From the IMG/VR virus record IMGVR_UViG_3300018719_000035, positions 1 to 54,787 of that record: 54,787 nucleotides of DNA; one strand, given 5' to 3'. Each line of letters starts with the position of its first letter. Positions within the stretch are counted from its first letter, which is position 1. Below, piece after piece: positions 1 to 8,195 of the stretch. The DNA is from a virus. Taxonomy: Duplodnaviria; Caudoviricetes. The notes under the pieces are model-generated. The model was not told where the DNA came from and did not search any database. It worked only from the letters and a program-made list of their open reading frames with translations. Position numbers and translations under genes: made by a program.

Positions 1-660
1 TTGGCCGATAATCTGCGCATCCAGAAATTCGATCAGACGCATCAGGGCCACTTCCATCTGAAGCCGGACGATGACTGCTACTTTCTCTATGAGTATACCT
101 CCCACAGGGATTTCACATTCAGCCACACCAACCAGCTCATTCACAATCTGAAGAAAAGCCCTCTAAGGAAGGATAAACCGGAGTACCGGTACAAGGCTCA
201 AGCTATTCGCCAGGTCGCGAGCTTGTTCGACACGGTATTGAACGAGGCTTGGCTAAATGGCGCAACCCTGGTGCCTGTCCCGCCTTCGAAGACCAAAGAC
301 CACCCTGAGTACGATGATCGCATGACACAGGTTTGCCGCCTAATGCGGGCTGGTCGGGCGGACGTTCGTGAGATCGTCAAACAGAAGCGATCCATGGAAG
401 CGGCACACACAAGTGGCGTCCGGCACTCCGTAGAGGATCTGATCCAATGCTACGAGATCGATGAGGCACATTGTGCCCCGGCCCCACAGTGGATCGGAAT
501 AGTGGACGATGTGCTTACGTCAGGAACACACTACCGCGCTATGCACACTCTCCTGTCGGCACGGTTCCCCAAGGTGAAGATAACCGGGTTGTTTGTAGCT
601 CGGCGTATTCTGCCCCCGGTCGATTACGACGCGATCTTTGGCGATCTCGGCGAAGTCTAG
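1..660 (+). CDS. Phosphoribosyltransferase-fold protein (ComF/ShosT-like), possible defence moron
   Basis: LVPVPPS motif and PRPP-binding loop IVDDVLTSGTH; TTG start at window edge. Confidence 0.75.
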   Translation: MADNLRIQKFDQTHQGHFHLKPDDDCYFLYEYTSHRDFTFSHTNQLIHNLKKSPLRKDKPEYRYKAQAIRQVASLFDTVLNEAWLNGATLVPVPPSKTKDHPEYDDRMTQVCRLMRAGRADVREIVKQKRSMEAAHTSGVRHSVEDLIQCYEIDEAHCAPAPQWIGIVDDVLTSGTHYRAMHTLLSARFPKVKITGLFVARRILPPVDYDAIFGDLGEV

Positions 661-702
661 TACCGCCCCCTCTCTTCACACCTCCCCGCTATAGCCCTCC
701 CC

Positions 703-969
703 ATGACCTACTCCCGCGACACCACTGCCCTCTCAGAACTCACCGGTCAGCCTGTCAGCACCTGGTCCGAGGAGTGGCGCATTGAGACTGAAGCCCGAGC
801 CATCCTGAAGATGTCCAAGGAGCAGAGGGACGCCTTCTTCAACGGCCGCAAAGATCAGGACGGGAAGACCATCGACCGTGGGGTGATCGGCATCCGGGGC
901 CTGAAGGCTGCCGAGGATCTGAAAGCCGTGTGTGATAGGCTCCTGGAAGTCCGTTCTCGGAAAAGCTGA
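703..969 (+). CDS. Small phage hypothetical protein
   Basis: 88-aa ORF; stop overlaps next ATG (TGATG). Confidence 0.7.
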   Translation: MTYSRDTTALSELTGQPVSTWSEEWRIETEARAILKMSKEQRDAFFNGRKDQDGKTIDRGVIGIRGLKAAEDLKAVCDRLLEVRSRKS

Positions 970-1454
970 TGGATACCCGGACCGCCTACGTTGCAGCCAC
1001 GCGCCGCGCCCGCCGGCGGGGCCTCATCATCCTGATGGCCGCGATCGTCGGCGCTCTCCTCGGCTTTGCCTGGAGAATGCAGGCCTTCGCTGAAATGGTC
1101 GACGGTAGCCGGTTCGTGATCATCGATGGCGATACGGTCGACTACAGCGGCGAGCGCATCCGCATCTTCAACATCGACGCGCCCGAGAGCTTCCGTTCGA
1201 GATGTGACGCCGAACTCACTCTCGCCTTGCGCACGAAGGAGAGGCTTGCCCAGCTCCTGCGCTCCGGGCCTGTTGAGATCAATCGGAAAGGGCAGGACCG
1301 CTATCGGCGTACGCTGGCAACGCTGTCGACCAGACAAGGCGATGTTGGTCAGGTCCTGGTTCGGGAGCGCCTCGCCCTCCCCTGGCAGGAGGGGCGAGAT
1401 GCCAAGGAGAGCCGCCTGCAGGCATGGTGCGGCGCCCGCTATCGACTGGATTGA
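969..1454 (+). CDS. Thermonuclease (SNase family) with N-terminal membrane anchor
   Basis: IIDGDT, RIRIFNIDAPE and DRYRRTLA motifs; hydrophobic N-terminal helix. Confidence 0.9.
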   Translation: MDTRTAYVAATRRARRRGLIILMAAIVGALLGFAWRMQAFAEMVDGSRFVIIDGDTVDYSGERIRIFNIDAPESFRSRCDAELTLALRTKERLAQLLRSGPVEINRKGQDRYRRTLATLSTRQGDVGQVLVRERLALPWQEGRDAKESRLQAWCGARYRLD

Positions 1455-1611
1455 CGGCGCGCGGGCCGGTCGCCCGGCACGGGAAGAATAGCTGGTGCTT
1501 TCACGGCTGGTTCATGACGCCAGCCGACCTCCCTACCCCGCCCCGGACTCGTCATCCGGGCCGCGCATTGAGACGCTACGCCTATATTGTTTCATCCGAC
1601 ACTGTAGGAAT

Positions 1612-1839
1612 TTACAGGCCCTGCGGGAACGGGAGGTTCGCAATGGCATGCCCACGGGCGTCGTGGACGCTCACCTGCCAGCCCGTCCAGTCAACACCGG
1701 GCGGGGCCTCCTGCATCGTCCTCTCGGCATAGCTGAGAGCCTCGACTTTTGCCCGTAGCCTTGAGGAAAACCGCCGTCCTTCGCGGTCGATGATCAGGCT
1801 TGTACCATCGGTCAGGTGGTAGAAGTAGCGGCGTCCCAT
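1612..1839 (-). CDS. DUF6894-like small protein
   Basis: MGRRYFYHLTDG...DREG...W.V.V.D..G pattern; internal ATG at 1839 chosen. Confidence 0.7.
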   Translation of the reverse strand: MGRRYFYHLTDGTSLIIDREGRRFSSRLRAKVEALSYAERTMQEAPPGVDWTGWQVSVHDARGHAIANLPFPQGL

Positions 1840-1958
1840 CGCCCAACTCCATGTCCCATTACGCCCCCGATGGACACGGAAACAGACCCTCATGTGACGA
1901 GTTTCACAGGGCCTAGGCATAAAGAGACTTACACTCGCTATCCTCATAGTTCACAGGC

Positions 1959-2186
1959 CTAGCTGTGCATTTTCAGATGAAAGTGCTCGCGGCTCCCGGT
2001 CAGAAGCTCTGCCATGTCATCGATCCGGTCGATGATGGCTTGAGCAACGTGGTAGTCGGGCGAGCCCAGGGGGATCCGGGATCGGGTGAGCCTGTGCCGG
2101 GCATCGCCAAGGGCTTTCAGAAGATCCGGACCTTCGATTTTTCGGAAGAGATCGATCGGCAATTCCTGTGAACGGCGGCGGCTCAT
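1959..2186 (-). CDS. Small hypothetical protein, probably SOS-regulated
   Basis: ATG at 2186 with GGGAG RBS; LexA box 18 bp upstream. Confidence 0.7.
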   Translation of the reverse strand: MSRRRSQELPIDLFRKIEGPDLLKALGDARHRLTRSRIPLGSPDYHVAQAIIDRIDDMAELLTGSREHFHLKMHS

Positions 2187-2203
2187 GAGATGCTCCCAAA
2201 TGA

Positions 2204-2218
2204 GAACATTTTGAGAAC
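2204..2218. promoter_or_regulatory. Alphaproteobacterial LexA (SOS) box
   Basis: GAAC-ATTTTGA-GAAC, an exact GAAC-N7-GAAC match upstream of a gene start. Confidence 0.8.
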
Positions 2219-2236
2219 ATAGGCATGCCGCGGGAG

Positions 2237-2584
2237 TCAAGATCGCTGCTTGAGTAGATGGACGAGCTCTTGGAATTCCCGGCGCACTGCTGTTATCTCG
2301 TCGAGGGCCCGTTCGATCTGATGCCGCCTCGCCTGGTCGTCCCTCTCCTCCCGCATGATGGCAACAGCCTTGCGCACGGCGTCGGCGAGACCTTCGATGG
2401 CGGCTGCCATCTGAATGCCAGCGTCCTTGTCCGTGATAGCTGCTACGACGCCGAGCGGTGCGGATTGGACGGCCTTGTCCACTTCCCGAGCCCTCTGGCG
2501 CTCAGCCGCCCGGTACATGAAGATGGCGCCGATAGCCGGCAGAAGAACCCCAAGGAAGGGGGCAACGTCCTTCATCTCAAGCAC
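2237..2584 (-). CDS. Lysis-module membrane protein (N-terminal TM plus coiled coil)
   Basis: Hydrophobic N-terminus; last gene of the lysis cluster. Confidence 0.6.
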   Translation of the reverse strand: MLEMKDVAPFLGVLLPAIGAIFMYRAAERQRAREVDKAVQSAPLGVVAAITDKDAGIQMAAAIEGLADAVRKAVAIMREERDDQARRHQIERALDEITAVRREFQELVHLLKQRS

Positions 2585-3041
2585 GCTCGGGCACCTTCGA
2601 TCTGGCTTGGCGAAGTCTCAGGCTGTCTAGGGCTTCGGCATCTGTGCCGCACCTGAGGGCGGAGAAGAATTCCAGCACGAACAGGGTACCGGCCATGGCC
2701 AGCAGGATCGGAGGCCCGAGCGCCTCTCCCCGATCCACGCTGGCAACGGAGACCGCAAAGGTGAACCAGAAGCCGCTTCCGGTCAGGCAGCCGGCAATCC
2801 GCGCGATCGGGCTCGATCTCCAACGGCCGTTGATCACGAGGGCAGCCGACCGAAGAATGCCGACCGAGGAGAGAAACCACCCCCCCTGGTCTTCGGTCAT
2901 CCACCGGACCAGCACAGCATAGATCGGGGAGGCAAAGGTGTCCCCGGGCCAGAGGAGCAGGATCCCGCATGCAATCATCAGGGCGGCAAGACCCATCTCG
3001 AGCATCCGGGTCTGCATGTAGGCGGACGAGTTGATGATCAT
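2577..3041 (-). CDS. Multi-TM membrane protein of the lysis module
   Basis: About four hydrophobic segments; downstream of the endolysin. Confidence 0.65.
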   Translation of the reverse strand: MIINSSAYMQTRMLEMGLAALMIACGILLLWPGDTFASPIYAVLVRWMTEDQGGWFLSSVGILRSAALVINGRWRSSPIARIAGCLTGSGFWFTFAVSVASVDRGEALGPPILLAMAGTLFVLEFFSALRCGTDAEALDSLRLRQARSKVPERA

Positions 3042-3044
3042 GGC

Positions 3045-3392
3045 TCACGCCCCAAGCGGCTTCCGGGCTTTCCAGCGGCCATAGAGTGTACCGAACCCGC
3101 CGCCGATGCTGCTCAGTGGCGGGCCATAGGTCTCAAGCGACAGAGGCACTCCATTGGCGAGCATGGTACCGATCGACGCAACACCCCCAAGAATGGCGAA
3201 GATTGCGCCCCACGTGACGCGGCTGCGATACCATGGCTCGTTGTTCGTCAGATGCTCGATGACCGGCTGCAGTTCTTTGGCGACCGTCGCCTTAACGACC
3301 GGCTTTTCCGGCGCCTCAATCGGCACGGAGGGCGATTGCACGAGCCGGTCTGCGATGCGGCTGGCGATGTCGAGAACAGTCAGCGGGTTCAT
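3045..3392 (-). CDS. Putative holin
   Basis: EPWYRSRVTWGAI motif followed by hydrophobic segments; coupled to the endolysin. Confidence 0.55.
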   Translation of the reverse strand: MNPLTVLDIASRIADRLVQSPSVPIEAPEKPVVKATVAKELQPVIEHLTNNEPWYRSRVTWGAIFAILGGVASIGTMLANGVPLSLETYGPPLSSIGGGFGTLYGRWKARKPLGA

Positions 3393-4033
3393 GCGAAGAT
3401 CCTTTTCAGCAGGTCAGCGAGGGCACTAAAAAACCCGCTCGGTTGAGCGGGCTGGGAAACGGGAACCGGAGGCGGTTCAATGTCAGGAGGTGGCGGTGTC
3501 AGGATTGGTCCGGAAGCATCTCCCGCCATAGCAAGAGCCTCCTTTTCAACGCCAAGCACGCGAGCCCGCCAGCCCTTGCCGAAGGTCGGCCATGTCGGAA
3601 GCCCAGAGAGGAAGGCGAGGCGCGATCTGGTCAGTTTTCGGATAAGATCAGACGGCTTCGTGGAGCGGATGGCCGCTAAAGTCTTCGGGCCAATCACGCC
3701 GTCCGCATCGACACCGACGAGTGCCTGAAGGTGTTTCGCTGCTCGAGCAGGTCCGGAGTTGACCGCGAAGTCGAAGACCGCAAGATCCACACCTCTCGGC
3801 AGGTCATCCCCTTTGACGACATTCCAGTAGTTGGCCCGGTAGATCGCAGCTGCTTCTGTTTCAGTGAGTGCTTTGACTTCGGCCTTCGTCACTGGCCGTC
3901 CGCGCCAGGTGCTTAGAGTGGCGAGCGTAATCCCTCGGTTCGTCGCCCCGCCGGGATCGGCTGGGTGATCAACGTAGCCGCCTTCATGTTTTAGGACGAG
4001 CGAAAGCGCCCGCCCGAATGTTTCGGTGGTCAT
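3389..4033 (-). CDS. Endolysin, glycoside hydrolase family 108 with peptidoglycan-binding domain
   Basis: HEGGYVDHPADPGGATNRGIT signature; DGVIGPKT; FGKGWRARV. Confidence 0.93.
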   Translation of the reverse strand: MTTETFGRALSLVLKHEGGYVDHPADPGGATNRGITLATLSTWRGRPVTKAEVKALTETEAAAIYRANYWNVVKGDDLPRGVDLAVFDFAVNSGPARAAKHLQALVGVDADGVIGPKTLAAIRSTKPSDLIRKLTRSRLAFLSGLPTWPTFGKGWRARVLGVEKEALAMAGDASGPILTPPPPDIEPPPVPVSQPAQPSGFFSALADLLKRIFA

Positions 4034-4058
4034 GGTGTCCTCGTGGTGTTCGGGGTGA

Positions 4059-4439
4059 TTAGGCCGGCAGTTCGGCGGCTTGCCGCATCAGAGTGTCGAG
4101 TTGCTCATCGCTGATGCCGAGAGCTTTGGAAAACATGGGAACAAACATGCCGTCGCGATCGAACACGTCGCCGCGTTCGAGGGCCTCTTCAGCTGCTGCC
4201 TTTTGAAGTGGATCGGTGAGCCCTGCGATGGCCTGCTGCACTGCATCGAACAGCGTTCCTCCGCCCCATGGTGTCACCTTCATGATCGTGCGCGCCCGCC
4301 ACATGGCGACCGAGCGGTGTGATTGCGGGACCGGCATGGACAGATCGGCTTCCTCGATCCATTCCTCAGCATAGCCCGGCTGCGCAACCGCATAGGCGCC
4401 GACGATCTGGCCGTTCTCATCACGCTGGACATAAGGCAT
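4059..4439 (-). CDS. Probable tail fibre assembly/chaperone-like protein
   Basis: Coupled directly downstream of the fibre gene; C-terminal GISDEQLDTL motif. Confidence 0.55.
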   Translation of the reverse strand: MPYVQRDENGQIVGAYAVAQPGYAEEWIEEADLSMPVPQSHRSVAMWRARTIMKVTPWGGGTLFDAVQQAIAGLTDPLQKAAAEEALERGDVFDRDGMFVPMFSKALGISDEQLDTLMRQAAELPA

Positions 4440-6001
4440 TACTTGTCCCTCCCGCGCCTATCGATCCATCCCATGGTCGTGATTTCGAGGATCGTGGTGG
4501 CAACACTCGATATTGATTTCACCTGCCCGAGCGTATTGGTTGGAACACGGAGCTGGGTTGCCCCCGCCGAAGTCGTACCGGACGTTCCTGCGAAGCCGCT
4601 TAAAGACGGGTCGACGCCGCCGGTACCGGCTGCGGCGCCGGCCAGAGTGAGAGTCGGGTCAGATAAACTCGACGGGTATACGTGTACGGCGACTTGGCTG
4701 TTCACCTTGACTGCACGGACATTAAGGATGGCCTCGACCTGAACATCCACCGGCACGGACAGTGTGCGTAGCGTGCCCGCTGTCGATTGCGCACTGTCCG
4801 AAACGTCCTTGACCGGAGACAGAAAATCGAACCGGTCGCCAAGTTGGATGAACGACCGGATCTGCCCGCTCGCATCCGTGCGGATCGAGCCGATACGGCG
4901 ATATGCCTGCCACCCCGCGGGAAGAGCGATCGTTGTCGAGAACGACGCCGCTGGATTGCCGCTCCCATCATAGCCGAACAGCACATGACGGTGCGCTGAG
5001 ACCGGAGCGCCGGCCAGCGTAATGTTGAAATTGGCGGGGTTGATCAGGTCGGTCGTGTCGTCCTCATCCCGGCATTTGCCCGCCTTGACCGTAATTGTGG
5101 TGGCGTTGACATAGGCGATTTCAGGCGGGGCCTTTGCCATGGATATGCCGATGCCGAGCATCGCCTTGGCCTGCGCCACAGTCAGGTCTTTCGGGTCGCT
5201 CGACGCACCCGTATTGTTCCCCTTCAGGGTATTCGCCGGCATGTCCGCGAGCAGCGTGTTGTCGACGCTGTTCGCGCCCACTGCCGGTCCCGCTGGCCCG
5301 CGCTCGTCCGTAGCCTGGGCAATGTCGGTCGTGTAGCCGGTCGGCCCGACGTAGGTGTTCGCCGGGACCGTGGGCTTGGCGCCTTCACCGCCGACATAAT
5401 CGACGAGCTGCTTCACGCGGCGAGCCCCGTCAGCGACGATGGCATAGACCGGAGACCAGCCCTTGTCTCCCGGAGGCCCAGGCACAGTGCTGTCCTCTCC
5501 TTGAGGGCCGCGAATGTCGGTCGCCTGGGAGATGTCGCTGACGATCCCGGTTGGGCCAAGATATCCGCCTGTCGCGGGCTTGGTGCCATAGCCGCCGACC
5601 CAATCCGCAATCTGCAGGACGCTCCGCTCCCCGTCATCCACCGGCACCGGAACAGGAGCCCAGCCGTTCGGGCCTGTCGCCGGCATGTCGCGAATGCGGG
5701 TCAGGTACTCGGACACCCTGATCGCATAAAAGCGCGGGTCGATGTGGTTGGCCCAGCGCACCATGAAGTAAGGCACGTCCGTCAGGTTCGGCCCTGTCCA
5801 TTCCGTGGCAAGCCGGATCTGGTTCACCGCCAGGACTTCCGCGATCACCGCCATGCCCGCGGTGCCGTTCTGCGGGAACACGAAGTCGAACGGCAACACA
5901 GCCGGATCCCATGCCACCATGGTGCCGGTCGCGATGTCCGAGCCATTGGTCAGCGTGATCGTGCCGTCGCTGTAGAAGAAGTATGAGGGGTCGAGAGCCA
6001 T
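4439..6001 (-). CDS. Tail fibre / receptor-binding protein
   Basis: N-terminal YSDGTITLTNGS..ATG anchor pattern, GPxG collagen-like triplets, internal duplication. Confidence 0.75.
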   Translation of the reverse strand: MALDPSYFFYSDGTITLTNGSDIATGTMVAWDPAVLPFDFVFPQNGTAGMAVIAEVLAVNQIRLATEWTGPNLTDVPYFMVRWANHIDPRFYAIRVSEYLTRIRDMPATGPNGWAPVPVPVDDGERSVLQIADWVGGYGTKPATGGYLGPTGIVSDISQATDIRGPQGEDSTVPGPPGDKGWSPVYAIVADGARRVKQLVDYVGGEGAKPTVPANTYVGPTGYTTDIAQATDERGPAGPAVGANSVDNTLLADMPANTLKGNNTGASSDPKDLTVAQAKAMLGIGISMAKAPPEIAYVNATTITVKAGKCRDEDDTTDLINPANFNITLAGAPVSAHRHVLFGYDGSGNPAASFSTTIALPAGWQAYRRIGSIRTDASGQIRSFIQLGDRFDFLSPVKDVSDSAQSTAGTLRTLSVPVDVQVEAILNVRAVKVNSQVAVHVYPSSLSDPTLTLAGAAAGTGGVDPSLSGFAGTSGTTSAGATQLRVPTNTLGQVKSISSVATTILEITTMGWIDRRGRDK

Positions 6002-6063
6002 GCAAAATCTCCCGGCCAAGTGGGGCTTGGCCGATGGCGGTGGGCTTGAGTTGTGAGGAGGGC

Positions 6064-6411
6064 TTAACGGGTCAGGCGGATGCCGTTGTCCGCAAGGATC
6101 TTGCGGATCTTTTGGGGCGTCAGGGCCTTGCGCACTTTCGCCTTGAGTGCCACACGCTGCGGCTCCGTCGCCTCATCGGCTTCCGCGAGCGCAATCACCT
6201 GGCGGGCGATCTCATCAGCTTTGATATGCCGGATCTGGGCTTCGCGGTTGAGCATGTCGGACGGATGCCCGGCAAGATGACGACGCGCTTCCGTGACCTT
6301 GCGGTTATAGAGCGCCATGCGCTGCCGTGCCGGTTCGAAGTGCTTGTCGATAGCCTTCTCGGCCAACGAGCGGAGCTGCTCCAGATCGGGGCCAATTTCG
6401 AGGCGCGCCAT
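6064..6411 (-). CDS. Tail-module hypothetical protein
   Basis: ATG at 6411 directly after previous stop; 115 aa. Confidence 0.65.
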   Translation of the reverse strand: MARLEIGPDLEQLRSLAEKAIDKHFEPARQRMALYNRKVTEARRHLAGHPSDMLNREAQIRHIKADEIARQVIALAEADEATEPQRVALKAKVRKALTPQKIRKILADNGIRLTR

Positions 6412-6412
6412 G

Positions 6413-6829
6413 TCAGGCCCCCGCCGCCGTAACCTGGAGGAAGATCGAGACAGGCTGATAGGGGAACGCATCGAAGGAGATCGTGTAGTCGCCCGGGATG
6501 CGCAGGACGAGCTCAAGATCGTCACCATCCGACTCGATCGATTGCCCGTAGTCGGGGCCCTGGACATTGACCGTTGTCCCGGCCGGGATACCGCTGATGA
6601 CAGTCACCTTGTCATCCCCCTCCTGGCGCTCGCTGATCGTGTAGTCGAGGCGCGGGCGGATGGTCGGAACGCCATCCGGGAAATACCACCATTCATGCGA
6701 GAACGGCGGGACATCGACAGCCCCAAGGTTGGTGTCCTGCTTTACCTTCTCGAGAACTTCAGGCCTGGCCGGATAGCCGTCCTCGAGATGCGCGATGTAC
6801 CGCCCCTCAGCATCGTATTGAACGATCAT
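6413..6829 (-). CDS. Tail-module hypothetical protein
   Basis: 138-aa ORF with GGAG RBS in the co-oriented tail operon. Confidence 0.7.
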   Translation of the reverse strand: MIVQYDAEGRYIAHLEDGYPARPEVLEKVKQDTNLGAVDVPPFSHEWWYFPDGVPTIRPRLDYTISERQEGDDKVTVISGIPAGTTVNVQGPDYGQSIESDGDDLELVLRIPGDYTISFDAFPYQPVSIFLQVTAAGA

Positions 6830-6851
6830 GAGTTATTGCTCCGATGTGATT

Positions 6852-7382
6852 TTAGATTTTGATCGCGAGCCAGCGCACGCGGATGGGATAGGGCGAATTG
6901 TTCGTGATGGTGATGGTGGAACTGTTCCACTCCAGCTTCCAGCCGCCCCGCAGTTGCTGCAAACTGTCCCCATTGTCGTAATCCGATGTCAGCCAATGCG
7001 GAGAACAGTAATTGTCGTCCATATGGCTGAACTCATACGTGTGATAGTGGGTGTTGCCCGTGCCCGAAACATGGTCAACCGTCGCGTGAACAGTGTACCA
7101 TCGGTTGTTGGATGACAAAGGATAGGCCAGCCCCATGATGACGGACGGGGTTGAGCCATGAGAGACCGTAACCGTGCCCGGATACCAAAGATCCACTTCG
7201 CCGCTGACAGGCCCGCGCCCGCCGGGGCATGTGACCGTTCCCTCATTCTCCCAGCGTGCCGGAATATGGTCGGCATCGAAGAGCAGCCCATCGAGATCGG
7301 CTGTTGCCGCGTCATAGCCAGCGCGGGAGACCCGGAACACATAGTTTGAGCCGACATCCCCGAGAACAATGCGCCGCGCCAT
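6852..7382 (-). CDS. Minor tail protein, paralogue 3
   Basis: N-terminus MARRIVLG....Y.FRVSRAGYDA. Confidence 0.7.
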   Translation of the reverse strand: MARRIVLGDVGSNYVFRVSRAGYDAATADLDGLLFDADHIPARWENEGTVTCPGGRGPVSGEVDLWYPGTVTVSHGSTPSVIMGLAYPLSSNNRWYTVHATVDHVSGTGNTHYHTYEFSHMDDNYCSPHWLTSDYDNGDSLQQLRGGWKLEWNSSTITITNNSPYPIRVRWLAIKI

Positions 7383-7386
7383 AGGC

Positions 7387-7770
7387 CTACCCCTGGTTCT
7401 TCATGAAGGCAAACCAGCGAATGGTTTTCCCTGCCGCCGGATATGTTCCGGGGTTTTCGACCGACTCCCCGGCCCTGGCGTAAAACCCGGACTGGTCGAC
7501 ATCGCTATAGACGGTCGAAAATGTCGGGAACTCGACCAAGCGGCCACAGAACAAGAATGGCACCACAGGGAACGTCTTTCCGAAGCTCACCCTGGTTTGG
7601 TTGCCTCCGCTGGGGCAAACGAACGTCCCGGCGGCAACGGCCATAAGATGCTTCGTGCTCATCGAAAACAGAGCGGCAGCATCGCTGACCGTCTCGGCAT
7701 CCACCCCAGCCGGAGAGACCCATAAGCCATACTGCGACCCGCGCCGTCCGAGGATGATCCGCCGTGTCAT
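7387..7770 (-). CDS. Minor tail protein, paralogue 2
   Basis: N-terminus MTRRIILG....YGLWVSPAGVDA; ATG at 7770. Confidence 0.7.
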   Translation of the reverse strand: MTRRIILGRRGSQYGLWVSPAGVDAETVSDAAALFSMSTKHLMAVAAGTFVCPSGGNQTRVSFGKTFPVVPFLFCGRLVEFPTFSTVYSDVDQSGFYARAGESVENPGTYPAAGKTIRWFAFMKNQG

Positions 7771-8192
7771 GGCCGCACCGTCATGAAGATGAATTTGTCT
7801 CCCGAAGAAATCGGCGATTGCTTGGGGAACGGGACGCCGACCATGACGGCCGTTGTTGAAACGATAAGGGCGTAAGGCGTGCCGTCCCACCACCCGAAAT
7901 CGAAGTCGCCTGTGAAGTATTGCCTTTCGATCTGATCGATTACCATGTTCCCGTTGCGCTTGAGGGAGAAGATGCATGGCGGTGGCAGGGTGTAGGATGC
8001 CCCCAAGCTGACCCATTGGAACAAACCCGTGATCTGGCCTACCGACACGGCCTTCGCATTGGCATCCCTTAGAGCCGAGAACGAGATGACGCGGTTGTTG
8101 TTGATGTCGCCTATGGCGGCGTCAAACCCCTGCCTTGAGATGCGAAGGTCATAGGCCGTGCCGATCTTCCCCATCACGATGCGTCGGGTCAT
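7767..8192 (-). CDS. Minor tail protein, paralogue 1
   Basis: N-terminus MTRRIVMG....YDLRISRQGFDA. Confidence 0.7.
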   Translation of the reverse strand: MTRRIVMGKIGTAYDLRISRQGFDAAIGDINNNRVISFSALRDANAKAVSVGQITGLFQWVSLGASYTLPPPCIFSLKRNGNMVIDQIERQYFTGDFDFGWWDGTPYALIVSTTAVMVGVPFPKQSPISSGDKFIFMTVRP

Positions 8193-8195
8193 AGC

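Noticed and set aside
4439-8192. Diversity-generating retroelement or invertible tail-fibre cassette
   Set aside because: No reverse transcriptase, invertase or template/variable repeat pair was seen.
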